From: Gallionella sp.
GTDB taxonomy: Bacteria > Pseudomonadota > Gammaproteobacteria > Burkholderiales > Gallionellaceae
Assembly (NCBI GenBank): GCA_017880865.1
Contig: JADGRL010000005.1
Location: forward strand, 5,740 to 69,739
Reading direction: 5' to 3'
DNA length: 64,000 bases
The translations under genes and the position numbers were made by a program. Below the pieces are notes generated by a model. That model was not told the DNA's origin and made no database searches. It saw nothing but the letters and a program-made list of their open reading frames with translations. Positions 33,219 through 43,093 of this stretch are shown here, in pieces (within the stretch, counting starts at the first letter, position 1; every line of letters starts with the position of its first letter).

Positions 33219-33833
33219 TCAACCAAACAACTCCACATCGCCTTCCAGCTTGGAATAATGCAAACGTGTCTTGTACTCGGTTTCGCGCTCGATAATCGTA
33301 TCGTTATGCACCTGTCTCAACTTCTTCACCCTTACCAGACCGGTACTGGGGAAGTAGTACACTTTGCGCGGAAAAATATCGAGCAAATCCTGCGCAGCGA
33401 CTGGTATTTTTTCCGTCTTGAGAAACTCCAACACGAACTCCGCATTCCGTTCGCCGACATTGGCAATAGTGAACCCGCGCAGCACCGAGCCGCCACCAAA
33501 TACTTTCGCTTCAAGATTACTGCGCTTCGCACCCATCTTGAGCAATTGGTTGATCAAGATTTCCATCGCGTAAACGCCATAACGTGCCGACTCGCCCAGC
33601 GGATTGCTACGATCCTGGCCGCTATCGGGCAACATGAAGTGATTCATCCCGCCGATGCCGCTGACCTTGTCGCGTATGCAGGCACAAACACAGGAACCCA
33701 GCACGGTAACCAAAACCATATCGCGCCCGGTTGCGTAATACTCGCCCGGCAATATCTTGGCCGCCTCCGCATTATGCTCGCGATCAAAATACAAATGCGG
33801 CGAGAGAACTTCTTCGAAGCCATGCTCAGCCAT
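33219..33833 (-). CDS. cheD: Chemoreceptor glutamine deamidase CheD
   Basis: 'VTVLGSCVCAC', 'GGMNHFMLP', 'AKVFGGG', 'IGERN'-like motif. Confidence 0.96.
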   Translation of the reverse strand: MAEHGFEEVLSPHLYFDREHNAEAAKILPGEYYATGRDMVLVTVLGSCVCACIRDKVSGIGGMNHFMLPDSGQDRSNPLGESARYGVYAMEILINQLLKMGAKRSNLEAKVFGGGSVLRGFTIANVGERNAEFVLEFLKTEKIPVAAQDLLDIFPRKVYYFPSTGLVRVKKLRQVHNDTIIERETEYKTRLHYSKLEGDVELFG

Positions 33834-33874
33834 AGAGAACTACCCTTCTCCGATGCAATATCAATACAGCCGAG

Positions 33875-34750
33875 TTATTTGACATGATTATGTCCATGAG
33901 ATTTAGGTTTGGCCAGTTCATAGACTGTTTTGCCACGCAACTGAAACAAGTGTGCGGCATTATGGAAATTTTCCGAATGACCGGCGAATAGCAGTCCATC
34001 CGGTTGCAATAAGGGCGCGAATCTTTCCAATATTTTAAGCTGCGTTTCCTTATCGAAATAGATCATCACGTTTCGACAAAAAATCGCATCCAGCGGACCG
34101 CGTATCGGCCAGCTCTTGCTGAGCAGATTCACCGGTCTGAAAGTGATCATCGCGCGCAATTCCGGCCTCACCCGCACAAAACCCGATTGCGCTCCCGTGC
34201 CCTTGAGAAAGAATCGCTTCACCATTTCGGTGTCCAGCTTTTCAACACGCTCGATAGGATAAACACCCGCCTCCGCCTTGGCGAGCACATGGGTATCCAA
34301 ATCGCTGGCGACAATGGAAACATTTGGCGTGAAGCTGCCCAGCGCATCCACGATCGTCATCGCCATCGAGTAAGGCTCTTCTCCCGTTGAAGCCGCCGAG
34401 CACCACAGTGAAATCGGGTGCTTTCCCTTATTTTTTACTACATGCTCAGCCAGTATTGGAAAATGATGCGGCTCACGAAAGAACGAAGTCAGATTGGTCG
34501 TGAGCGAATTGACGAACGCTTCCCATTCCGTTTCATTATTGCTTTCCAGCAGCGCCAGATAATCCCGGAAATTATCGATTCCGTTCGCGCGCAAACGACG
34601 CCCCAGACGGCTGTAAACCATATCCTGTTTGGAGGACTTGAGCGAAATCCCGGCGTGCTCATAAATCAACCGGCACACTCGCTCGAAATCTTCCTTCGTG
34701 AATGCGAATTCACGATCGCGACCTCCGCCAAATTGAATATCTGCGCTCAT
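33875..34750 (-). CDS. cheR: Chemotaxis methyltransferase CheR
   Basis: 'LTTNLTSFFRE', 'WCSAASTGEEPYS', 'IFCRNVMIYFD', 'GHSE'. Confidence 0.97.
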   Translation of the reverse strand: MSADIQFGGGRDREFAFTKEDFERVCRLIYEHAGISLKSSKQDMVYSRLGRRLRANGIDNFRDYLALLESNNETEWEAFVNSLTTNLTSFFREPHHFPILAEHVVKNKGKHPISLWCSAASTGEEPYSMAMTIVDALGSFTPNVSIVASDLDTHVLAKAEAGVYPIERVEKLDTEMVKRFFLKGTGAQSGFVRVRPELRAMITFRPVNLLSKSWPIRGPLDAIFCRNVMIYFDKETQLKILERFAPLLQPDGLLFAGHSENFHNAAHLFQLRGKTVYELAKPKSHGHNHVK

Positions 34751-34807
34751 AAAAAGTCCTATTAATTCCCTGTTAGGTCTACTGTCAACTACACTCGTCT
34801 TAGTTTA

Positions 34808-34852
34808 CACGGGCTAAAACATTTTAGTGCGACTAAACTAATTTTCAGTCCC
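34808..34852. repeat. 45-bp direct repeat, copy 1
   Basis: CACGGGCTAAAACATTTTAGTGCGACTAAACTAATTTTCAGTCCC; one mismatch to 35723-35767. Confidence 0.9.
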
Positions 34853-34941
34853 TGTTCCTTCCCACATTTTGAAACAGGCTCAACCCTATCCCCGAATAAT
34901 TATGGACAATCCCAGGCAACTGAATAGGAAGAGGCTTTGGC

Positions 34942-34970
34942 TTGACGTGGCGTACGCATATACGTACCAT
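34942..34970 (+). promoter_or_regulatory. Sigma70-type promoter of yefM-yoeB with overlapping GTAC-containing operator
   Basis: TTGACG-17 bp-TACCAT; GTACG..CGTAC dyad in the spacer/-10. Confidence 0.6.
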
Positions 34971-34995
34971 TCAACCTTCTTTGAAGGAGCAAGAA

Positions 34996-35238
34996 ATGCA
35001 CACACTTACCGCCAGCGAAGCCCGCGCAAATTTGTACCGGCTCATTGATGAAACAGCAGAGTCTCATGAACCCATCATCATTTCAGGGAAGCGCAGCAAT
35101 GCTGTGCTGCTCTGTGCAGAAGATTGGGACGCAATTCAAGAAACTTTGTATCTACTTGCCGTGCCCGGCATGCGCGAATCCATAAAAGCAGGGATGGCTG
35201 AACCCCTCGCAAGAAGTGCGAAGGAGCTTAAGTGGTGA
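34996..35238 (+). CDS. yefM: Phd/YefM antitoxin
   Basis: 'TLTASEARANLYRLIDE...PIIISGKRSNAVLL..EDWDAIQETLYL'. Confidence 0.92.
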   Translation: MHTLTASEARANLYRLIDETAESHEPIIISGKRSNAVLLCAEDWDAIQETLYLLAVPGMRESIKAGMAEPLARSAKELKW

Positions 35239-35498
35239 GTTGGGAGGTTGTGTATGCCAAGCAAGCACTCAAAGATGCAAAGAAGCTTGCTGCAAGCGGT
35301 CTCAAACCCAAGGCGCAAGAACTACTCGCTGTGCTTGCTAACAATCCATTTCAAAATTCGCCGCCCTTCGAGAAGCTGGTCGGAGATCTTGCCGGCGCTT
35401 ACTCGCGCCGCATCAATATTCAGCACCGTATCGTGTACGAAGTCTTTACCAAAGAGAAAATCGTTCGTGTCCTGCGGATGTGGACGCACTATGAATGA
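35235..35498 (+). CDS. yoeB: Txe/YoeB toxin
   Basis: 'PPFEKLVGDLAGAYSRRINIQHRIVYEV...LRMWTHYE'. Confidence 0.92.
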   Translation: MSWEVVYAKQALKDAKKLAASGLKPKAQELLAVLANNPFQNSPPFEKLVGDLAGAYSRRINIQHRIVYEVFTKEKIVRVLRMWTHYE

Positions 35499-35722
35499 GA
35501 GGTATCACCCTACCATAAGGACTTCCCTGCCAACTTCATTTTTCAACAACACCTAATTTTCTCCTCAGTTGTAAATCATTCGCTCCGATTTAATCTGGAG
35601 CGGTGTCAATTCCGCCCAGCCGCAGGCTGGATGCGGATTGCCAACCTTTGGTGCATCAACCACATCACTGCAATTCGCGCTGCGCCGTCGCAAGAACAGA
35701 CTGCATTTCCATAATCGGCCTT

Positions 35723-35767
35723 CACGGGCTAAAACATTTTAGCGCGACTAAACTAATTTTCAGTCCC
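35723..35767. repeat. 45-bp direct repeat, copy 2
   Basis: Matches 34808-34852. Confidence 0.9.
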
Positions 35768-36184
35768 CGCTCGTTTCCAAATTTTGAAACCGGTTTTGAA
35801 ACCGGCCGACCTTATTCTTATTACCCACAAATTTCCTGTGACTTTAGGGTAAACTTCATAACGGTGGGGAGAATTGTCAGGGGAGAATCATAAATGTGTG
35901 CGAGTGCGGGTGCTACTTTGCTAGACCTGGCCCCAATTTTCTTATTCGTTTGACAGACGGGAAGCCCGTTCCGTTTGTGGCGACCATTCCAGATATTGCC
36001 TGGAAAAAATAACAATTTTGGAAAAGAAGACTTCATGAAAAATTGCTGGCTGGAATATTTGGTTTCGGATTGATTGTGGGATTGATTATTGCTGGGTTTA
36101 TGTGGGTGTTTTTCAGGTAGGGTATTTTTTTCGCTTGTGCGAAAAAGTATGGGTTCTTGTTATTAATCAATAAAGGGAAATGTT

Positions 36185-36550
36185 ATGTTTAATAGATTTT
36201 TGGTTCTTGCTGTTGTGTTATCGAATCTTTTGCTTGGTGGTTGCGTAGTGCTCTTATCAAAGAATGCGCCACAAGGCACTAAAGTGACTGATGAGCAAAT
36301 GTCTAGTTTTGTGGACAATAAAACTACAGAAAACGAAGTGTCCGCCATACTTGGCCAGCCGAATGAAAAGACCGGGCTTGCTACAAAAGAGGTTTGGACA
36401 TACAAGTGGGAACAATCTACCGAATATTTGGATGCTACGACCATTCGTAAAACCAAAACCACGCATGAAGTGGTTGAGTTTGAGTTTAGCTCAAACGAAA
36501 TTCTTTTGCATCACAGAAAAACAGCTTTTTTGACAGATATTAGAAGTTAG
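36185..36550 (+). CDS. Hypothetical lipoprotein, SmpA/OmlA(BamE)-like fold possible
   Basis: LGGC lipobox; 'TTENEVSAILGQP...EVWTY' pattern; AT-rich. Confidence 0.6.
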   Translation: MFNRFLVLAVVLSNLLLGGCVVLLSKNAPQGTKVTDEQMSSFVDNKTTENEVSAILGQPNEKTGLATKEVWTYKWEQSTEYLDATTIRKTKTTHEVVEFEFSSNEILLHHRKTAFLTDIRS

Positions 36551-36628
36551 TAGAGCAATAAGGAATAGCATTGGGTATGTCCAGGGTCTTTCGTTAGACT
36601 TTTTACACTCACTTATCAGAGGAAATGT

Positions 36629-37114
36629 ATGAATCAAGATAACAGCGCAAGCGTAGCTTCGGAAACCACAAGTCTTGGCGGAAAATCATGGACGGCACAT
36701 GTCCGTGTTGTTCTTGTCGGCCTCGTCTTATTCTTTGTCGTAACACCATTGGCTTGGTCTGCATCGCCTATTGCTGGAATTATGGTATTGGCTGCATCTC
36801 TTACGTTTGTGGTCTATCAATTACTACATTTGAAGAGTTTTCACCTTTACTTCGATGATGTCGGAGTCTGGGTCTATTCAGGCATTCTGCCTTGGAACAA
36901 AGGCATTTCTGGCGTGAAATGGCGCGACCTCGATGAAGCTGTATATTTTCAAACAATGGGAAGCTGGCTTTTCAAATCATACTCAATTCGCATTGGGCAT
37001 CGTTTTACAAAATCGAACGAGATACTTCTTAGCCACTGGGCTCACGGCCACGATGTAGTAATGAAAATTAATGGTCAGCACCAAGAGCTTGTGAAAGCAA
37101 ATGCATTAAGTTGA
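36629..37114 (+). CDS. Hypothetical membrane protein (two N-terminal TM helices)
   Basis: 161-aa ORF with RBS; hydrophobic N-terminal half; AT-rich. Confidence 0.65.
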   Translation: MNQDNSASVASETTSLGGKSWTAHVRVVLVGLVLFFVVTPLAWSASPIAGIMVLAASLTFVVYQLLHLKSFHLYFDDVGVWVYSGILPWNKGISGVKWRDLDEAVYFQTMGSWLFKSYSIRIGHRFTKSNEILLSHWAHGHDVVMKINGQHQELVKANALS

Positions 37115-37133
37115 TGGGAAGCTCGGTAGCGCG

Positions 37134-37214
37134 GTAGGATGGGTGGAGCGCAGCGATACCCATCGCTAAGACAGCCATCAGTTGATAGGTATCGCTGCGC
37201 TCCACCCATCCTAC
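37134..37214. repeat. REP-like dyad (GTAGGATGGGT family)
   Basis: GTAGGATGGGTGGAGCGCAGCGATACCCATC ... GATAGGTATCGCTGCGCTCCACCCATCCTAC. Confidence 0.88.
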
Positions 37215-37292
37215 AACCTGCATTACCGGCCTAACAGGCTGACATGGTAGAATCCCCGCCTTTCCAGTTTTCACAATTCAGGAATCTTCGCC

Positions 37293-38540
37293 ATGTTCTC
37301 CAGCAAAAACACCATCGCCCGTACCGACCCCGAATTGTGGGCGGCCATACAAAATGAAAACCAGCGCCAAGAAGATCACATCGAGCTGATCGCCTCGGAA
37401 AACTACACCAGCCCGGCCGTGATGGAGGCGCAGGGCAGCAAGCTGACCAACAAGTACGCCGAAGGCTATCCGGGCAAACGCTATTACGGCGGCTGCGAGT
37501 TTGTGGACGTGGCGGAACAGCTCGCCATAGACCGCGCCAAGTCGCTGTTCGGCGCGGAATACGCCAACGTGCAGCCGCATTCCGGTTCGCAGGCGAATCA
37601 GGCGGTTTACGTTTCGGTGCTCAAACCGGGCGACACGATTCTGGGCATGAGCCTAGCACACGGCGGCCATCTGACCCACGGCGCGTCGGTGAACATCAGC
37701 GGCAAACTGTATAACGCCGTCCAGTACGGACTGAACGACAAAGAAGAAATCGACTACGACCAGGTGCAAGCCTTGGCGACGCAGCACAAGCCGAAGATGA
37801 TCGTCGCCGGAGCCTCCGCTTACTCGCTGGTGATCGACTGGAAGCGCTTCCGCGCGATCGCCGACAGCGTGGGCGCATATCTGTTTGTGGACATGGCGCA
37901 CTACGCGGGTCTGATCGCGGCGGGCGTGTATCCGAGCCCGGTCGGCATCGCGGATTTCGTCACCACCACTACTCACAAGACGTTGCGCGGTCCGCGCGGC
38001 GGACTGATCCTTGCGAAGGCCGAGCACGAAAAAGCGCTGAACTCGGCGATCTTCCCCGCGCTGCAGGGCGGTCCGCTGATGCACGTGATCGCGGCCAAGG
38101 CTGTCGCCTTCAAGGAAGCGGCAAGCCGCGAATTCAAGGAATATCAAATGCAGGTGGTGGACAATGCGCGCGTGATGGCCCGCGTGTTGCAGGAACGGGG
38201 CTTACGCATTGTATCCGGACGCACCGACAGCCATGTGTTCCTGGTTGATCTGCAACCCAAGCACATCACCGGCAAAGATGCCGAAGCGGCGCTGGGACGC
38301 GCGCATATCACCGTGAACAAGAACGCGATCCCCAACGATCCGCAGAAACCTTTCGTCACGTCGGGCATCCGCATCGGCAGCCCGGCGATGACCACGCGCG
38401 GCTTCAAGGAACTGGAAGCCGAAAAACTCGCGCACCTGATCGCCGATGTGCTGGATGCGCCGAACGACGATGCGGCGATCGCGCGCGTGATCGTTGAAGT
38501 CAAGAAGCTGACGACGCAGTTTCCGGTTTATGGCGACTAA
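37293..38540 (+). CDS. glyA: Serine hydroxymethyltransferase
   Basis: 'LIASENY', '[13 protein letters not shown]', '[14 protein letters not shown]'. Confidence 0.99.
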   Translation: MFSSKNTIARTDPELWAAIQNENQRQEDHIELIASENYTSPAVMEAQGSKLTNKYAEGYPGKRYYGGCEFVDVAEQLAIDRAKSLFGAEYANVQPHSGSQANQAVYVSVLKPGDTILGMSLAHGGHLTHGASVNISGKLYNAVQYGLNDKEEIDYDQVQALATQHKPKMIVAGASAYSLVIDWKRFRAIADSVGAYLFVDMAHYAGLIAAGVYPSPVGIADFVTTTTHKTLRGPRGGLILAKAEHEKALNSAIFPALQGGPLMHVIAAKAVAFKEAASREFKEYQMQVVDNARVMARVLQERGLRIVSGRTDSHVFLVDLQPKHITGKDAEAALGRAHITVNKNAIPNDPQKPFVTSGIRIGSPAMTTRGFKELEAEKLAHLIADVLDAPNDDAAIARVIVEVKKLTTQFPVYGD

Positions 38541-38542
38541 AA

Positions 38543-38625
38543 CAGGACTGAGGACTAAGCTGCGAGGACTGAGGCTAGTGGTGCTCCGCCATTGCTCAGT
38601 CCTCAGCACTCGTTTCTCAGTCCTG
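38543..38625. repeat. Nested inverted repeat of AGGACTGAG units
   Basis: CAGGACTGAG..GAGGACTGAG .. CTCAGTCCTC..CTCAGTCCTG. Confidence 0.75.
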
Positions 38626-38633
38626 ACTTCAGG

Positions 38634-39131
38634 ATGAGATGCCCCTTCTGCAAAGGTGAAAAAACCCAGGTGGTTGACACCCGCGAAAGCGAGGATGGCG
38701 GCAGTATTCGCCGCCGTCGCCGTTGCCTGTCCTGCGATAAACGTTTCACCACTTACGAGATGGTGGAGCTGCGTATGCCGCAGGTAGTCAAGCAGAACGG
38801 GATGCGCAGTGAGTTCGATGAGGAAAAGTTGCGCACCAGTTTCAAGCGCGCACTACACAAACGTCCGGTTTCGGCCGAGCTGGTCGACGCGGCGATAGAT
38901 CACGTTACGCAGAAGCTTCATGCGTTGGGCGAGCGCGAAATCGGCTCGCGGCAAGTCGGCGAGCTGGTGATGAAAGAATTGCTCAAGCTCGACAAGGTTG
39001 CCTACATCCGTTTCGCGTCGGTGTATAAAAGTTTTCAGGATGTCGGCGATTTCGCCGATGCGGTCGAGGCGGTACGCAAAGCACCGGCGCGCAGGGCCGC
39101 AGATCACAACGGCAAACCACGGGAGCCCTAG
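38634..39131 (+). CDS. nrdR: Transcriptional repressor NrdR
   Basis: 'MRCPFC', '[16 protein letters not shown]', ATP-cone, 'YIRFASVY'. Confidence 0.97.
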   Translation: MRCPFCKGEKTQVVDTRESEDGGSIRRRRRCLSCDKRFTTYEMVELRMPQVVKQNGMRSEFDEEKLRTSFKRALHKRPVSAELVDAAIDHVTQKLHALGEREIGSRQVGELVMKELLKLDKVAYIRFASVYKSFQDVGDFADAVEAVRKAPARRAADHNGKPREP

Positions 39132-39132
39132 C

Positions 39133-40224
39133 ATGTTTTCCGCGCAAGACAGCGTGTATATGGCGCAAGCGCTACGTCTGGCGGAACGCGGCCTTTATAC
39201 CACCAGCCCGAATCCGCGCGTCGGTTGCGTGCTGGTAGCAGATGAAAAAATTGTCGGTAGCGGCTGGCACGAACGCGCCGGTGAACCGCACGCCGAGGTT
39301 CTCGCGCTGCGTGAATCCGGTATGGCGGCGGGCGGTGCGACGGCTTTTGTGACGCTGGAACCTTGCAGCCATCATGGCCGCACCCCGCCGTGCGCCGATG
39401 CGCTGATTGCGGCGGGTGTGGTGCGAGTGGTAGTGGCGGTGCAAGACCCCAATCCTCAGGTGGCGGGGCAAGGCATCGCAAAGTTGTGTGCAGCAGGTAT
39501 CCAGGTCGAATGCGGTTTGATGGAAGCGGCGGCGCGCGAATTGAACATCGGCTTTTTCGCGCGCATGGAGCGCGGCACACCGTGGCTGCGCAGCAAGATT
39601 GCGGCCAGTTTAGATGGTCGTACCGCATTGGCGAACGGGGTCAGTCAGTGGATCACCGGCGATGCGGCAAGATTGGATGTGCAATACTGGCGTGCGCGAT
39701 CTTGCGCGGTGCTGACCGGCATCGATACGGTGCTGGCGGACGACGCGCGTTTGAATGTGCGCGAGATCGAAACAGCGCGCCAGCCGTTGCGCGTGGTTCT
39801 GGATAGCCAGCTGCGCATGCCGCTGACCGCGCGGATGCTGAGCGAGAAGAACGTGTTGATTTATGCCGCTGTGCGCGATCCCGAAAAGATTGCGGCACTG
39901 GAAAAAACGGGCGCATCGGTTAGCGTGTTGCCGGATGGAAACGGGAAAGTTGATTTGCCTGCTGTGCTGCGCGATCTCGCACAGCGCGGCTGCAACGAAG
40001 TGTTGGTGGAATCGGGCAGCACCTTGAACGGCGCATTACTGCGCGCAGGACTGGTCGATGAATTGTTGCTGTACCTCGCGCCGCAGTTTCTTGGCGATGC
40101 AGCGCGTGGCATGGCGCAGTTGGGCGAGCTGACTAAATTGGATCAGCGCATTGTTCTCAAGTGGCAAGATGTGCGCCAGATCGGGAATGATTTGCGCATC
40201 ATGGTGAAGGTGGAACATGTTTAG
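39133..40224 (+). CDS. ribD: Riboflavin biosynthesis deaminase/reductase
   Basis: 'PNPRVGCV', 'HAE', 'TLEPCSHHGRTPPC', 'SLDGRTA'. Confidence 0.97.
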   Translation: MFSAQDSVYMAQALRLAERGLYTTSPNPRVGCVLVADEKIVGSGWHERAGEPHAEVLALRESGMAAGGATAFVTLEPCSHHGRTPPCADALIAAGVVRVVVAVQDPNPQVAGQGIAKLCAAGIQVECGLMEAAARELNIGFFARMERGTPWLRSKIAASLDGRTALANGVSQWITGDAARLDVQYWRARSCAVLTGIDTVLADDARLNVREIETARQPLRVVLDSQLRMPLTARMLSEKNVLIYAAVRDPEKIAALEKTGASVSVLPDGNGKVDLPAVLRDLAQRGCNEVLVESGSTLNGALLRAGLVDELLLYLAPQFLGDAARGMAQLGELTKLDQRIVLKWQDVRQIGNDLRIMVKVEHV

Positions 40225-40837
40225 TGGGATCATCGCCGACATCGGCAGCATCAAACAGGCGACCGACCGCGATGGCGGGTTGCGGCTGGTGATCGAAACA
40301 CGTGCGCTGGATTTGAGCGATGTGCAACTCGGCGACAGCATCGCCGTGAACGGAATATGCCTGACCGTCATCGAACATAGCGTCGACAGCTTCACGGTCG
40401 ATGTTTCGCGTGAGACATTGAGTTGCACCGTGGGTCTGGATGCGACAAACGCGCCGGTGAATCTGGAGAAGGCATTGCGCTTGGCGGACAGGCTGGGCGG
40501 GCACTTGGTCAGCGGCCATGTCGATGGTGTGGGCGAGGTCGTCGCATTCACCGATCTGGGTGAAAGCTGGAGGCTGGTGGTACGCACACCAAAGGCATTG
40601 GCGAAATACATCGCGATCAAAGGCTCGATCACGATCAACGGTGTCAGTCTGACCATCAATCAGGTGGCCGACCATCAAGTAAAAGGCTGCGAGTTCAGCC
40701 TCAATTTGATCCCGCACACACTGCTGATGACCAATCTGAAAAATTTGCGCGCGGGCAGCCTCGTCAATCTCGAAGTGGATTTGATCGCGCGCTATGTGGA
40801 ACGCATGATGCATGCAGAGAAAGAATATAACAAATGA
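40217..40837 (+). CDS. ribE: Riboflavin synthase
   Basis: 'MFSGII', '[12 protein letters not shown]', '[11 protein letters not shown]', '[12 protein letters not shown]'. Confidence 0.96.
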   Translation: MFSGIIADIGSIKQATDRDGGLRLVIETRALDLSDVQLGDSIAVNGICLTVIEHSVDSFTVDVSRETLSCTVGLDATNAPVNLEKALRLADRLGGHLVSGHVDGVGEVVAFTDLGESWRLVVRTPKALAKYIAIKGSITINGVSLTINQVADHQVKGCEFSLNLIPHTLLMTNLKNLRAGSLVNLEVDLIARYVERMMHAEKEYNK

Positions 40838-41925
40838 CCGGAATATCACCGTTACAGGAAATCATCGAAGAGATTCGCGCCGGGCGCATGGTCATTTTGA
40901 TCGATGAGGAAGACCGCGAAAACGAGGGCGATCTGGTGTTCGCCGCCGAATTCGTCACGCCGGAAAAAATCAACTTCATGGCCCGTCATGGTCGTGGTCT
41001 GATTTGCCTGACGCTGACCGAGGCGCATTGCAAGCAGATCGATTTGCCGCTGATGGTGCGCGAGAACGGCTTGCCGTTGGCGACCAATTTTACGCTTTCA
41101 ATTGAAGCCGCGAGCGGCGTGACCACCGGCATCTCGGCAGCCGATCGTGCGCGCACCGTGCAAGTCGCCGCCGCTAGAAATGCCAAGCCTGCCGACATCG
41201 TGCAGCCCGGACATATCTTTCCGCTGCGCGCGCAGAATGGCGGTGTGCTGGTGCGCGCGGGGCATACCGAGGCGGGCTGCGATCTGGCACAACTGGCAGG
41301 ACTGACCCCGGCCTCAGTGATTTGCGAAATTCTCAAGGACGACGGCGAAATGGCACGCCTGCCGGATTTGATTGTGTATGCAAAACAGCACGGACTCAAA
41401 ATCGGCACGATTGCCGATTTGATCGAACATCGCAGCCAACATGAGAAACTGGTCGAGCGTGTAGCGCGGCGCAAAGTGCAGACCGCTTACGGCGAATTTG
41501 AACTGGTGACCTACGTGGACAAGACCACTGAACGCACGCATCTGGCTCTGGTGAAAGGCGAGATTCGCCATGATGCCGAAACGCTGGTGCGCGTACACGA
41601 ACCGCTTTCGGTGATGGATTTTCTGGAACAAACCGATCATGCGCATTCGATCAGCGTGAATCAAGCCATGAAAAAAATCGGGCAGTCCAAAGCGGGTGTA
41701 CTGGTGTTGCTGCATCGCGGCGAGACCGCGCAGAATCTGCGCGCGCGCGCCGCCCTGGATGACGGGAGCCTGCAAACCGCACAATGGGATCCTCGCAGCT
41801 ATGGCATCGGCGCGCAGATATTGCGGGATCTGAATGTCGGCAAGATGCGTTTGCTGGCGACCCCGCACAAGATGCCGAGCATGACGGGATTCGGGCTGGA
41901 AGTAGTCGGTTATGCTTCGAATTAA
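40834..41925 (+). CDS. ribB: DHBP synthase fused to a degenerate GTP cyclohydrolase II-like domain (RibBX type)
   Basis: '[10 protein letters not shown]', 'RAGHTEA'; C-terminal 'VRVHEPLS' lacks the Zn cysteines. Confidence 0.9.
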   Translation: MTGISPLQEIIEEIRAGRMVILIDEEDRENEGDLVFAAEFVTPEKINFMARHGRGLICLTLTEAHCKQIDLPLMVRENGLPLATNFTLSIEAASGVTTGISAADRARTVQVAAARNAKPADIVQPGHIFPLRAQNGGVLVRAGHTEAGCDLAQLAGLTPASVICEILKDDGEMARLPDLIVYAKQHGLKIGTIADLIEHRSQHEKLVERVARRKVQTAYGEFELVTYVDKTTERTHLALVKGEIRHDAETLVRVHEPLSVMDFLEQTDHAHSISVNQAMKKIGQSKAGVLVLLHRGETAQNLRARAALDDGSLQTAQWDPRSYGIGAQILRDLNVGKMRLLATPHKMPSMTGFGLEVVGYASN

Positions 41926-41999
41926 TAATGCCCTTTGCACAAGCTAAACAACAAATACTTTCTTCACATTGAAGAAAGCTTAAAGGTAGAAAGATTGAT

Positions 42000-42452
42000 A
42001 TGAAAGAACTTGAAAAAAATCTTAACGGCAATGGTCTGCGCATCGGCATCGTGCAAAGCCGTTTCAATCCTGAAGTTTGCGAATCCCTGCTGGGTGCCTG
42101 TCGTGCGCAATTGGTGCAACGAGGCGTGCAGGACGATGACATCACGCTGGCCACCGTTCCCGGCGCACTGGAAATTCCGCTGGTGCTCCTGCACATGGCG
42201 GAGAGTGAAAAGTTTGACGCGCTGATTGCGCTCGGTGCGGTAATTCGCGGCGATACATACCATTTTGAAGTAGTGGCCAATGAATCGGCGCGCTGCGTAA
42301 ATGAAGTTCAGTTGGCCTGCGGTGTGCCGATTGCCAATGCGATTCTGACCACCGATTCCGACGAACAGGCGATCGCGCGCATGCACATCAAGGGCAGTGA
42401 AGCCGCGCTGGTGGCAATCGAGATGGCCAACTTGCTGCGAGGTTTGTCATGA
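42000..42452 (+). CDS. ribH: Lumazine synthase
   Basis: 'SRFN', 'VPGALEIP', '[14 protein letters not shown]'. Confidence 0.97.
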   Translation: MKELEKNLNGNGLRIGIVQSRFNPEVCESLLGACRAQLVQRGVQDDDITLATVPGALEIPLVLLHMAESEKFDALIALGAVIRGDTYHFEVVANESARCVNEVQLACGVPIANAILTTDSDEQAIARMHIKGSEAALVAIEMANLLRGLS

Positions 42453-42925
42453 GCATGAACAAGACCGATGCTGCGAGCGATGCTAATAAAGCGCCACACA
42501 AAAGTCCGCGCCATCGCGCCCGCGAACTTGCGCTGCAAGGAATTTATCAATGGCGTGTCGCTGCGGGCGAGTATGCACAAATTGAAAAGCAGATACATGC
42601 GGAAAAAAATCTCGGTCGCTACGACAGGGAATTATTTTCCAAACTATTGCGAGGCGCTTTGAGCCAGCACGCCGACATCGAGGCACTGCTCACCCCCTAC
42701 ATCGACAGATCCCTCGACGAATTGAGTCCGGTAGAATTTGCGGTGCTGCTGTTGGGTGCATTCGAGTTATCACAGAACCTCGAAGTGCCTTACAAAGTCG
42801 TCATCAACGAGGCGGTTGAACTCGCCAAAACATTTGGCGGAACCGACGGGCACAAATACGTCAACGGTGTACTCGACAAGCTTGCACCGAAAGTACGCGC
42901 AACGGAGTTTGCCGGGCGAAAATAA
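42449..42925 (+). CDS. nusB: Transcription antitermination factor NusB
   Basis: '[15 protein letters not shown]', '[25 protein letters not shown]'. Confidence 0.97.
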   Translation: MSMNKTDAASDANKAPHKSPRHRARELALQGIYQWRVAAGEYAQIEKQIHAEKNLGRYDRELFSKLLRGALSQHADIEALLTPYIDRSLDELSPVEFAVLLLGAFELSQNLEVPYKVVINEAVELAKTFGGTDGHKYVNGVLDKLAPKVRATEFAGRK

Positions 42926-42951
42926 ACAGGGGCGTCGCTGAGCGCAAAATC

Positions 42952-43032
42952 TGTAGGAGCCCGATTTATCGGGCGGTTTTTTCATTGGATAATTCTGGGG
43001 GCAATTATCGCGCAATACATTGCGCTCCTACA
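42952..43032. repeat. REP-like dyad, TGTAGGAGC family
   Basis: TGTAGGAGC ... GCTCCTACA with internal palindromes. Confidence 0.8.
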
Positions 43033-43093
43033 TGGCATCTCGGCCTTAATTGATTGTCTGGATTTAATGCACTTGCAATAGGGATGATCCTGC

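Noticed and set aside
36030-36119. Short hydrophobic frame (..LLAGIFGFGLIVGLIIAGFMWVFFR*)
   Set aside because: No start codon or RBS in frame; at best an unidentifiable remnant.
37215-40834. FMN, ZTP or other riboswitch ahead of glyA or rib genes
   Set aside because: Spacers are too short or genes overlap; no consensus motif seen.
11795-43032. CRISPR array or Cas-associated repeats
   Set aside because: The repeats are dispersed dyads, not regularly spaced identical repeats with unique spacers; no cas genes.
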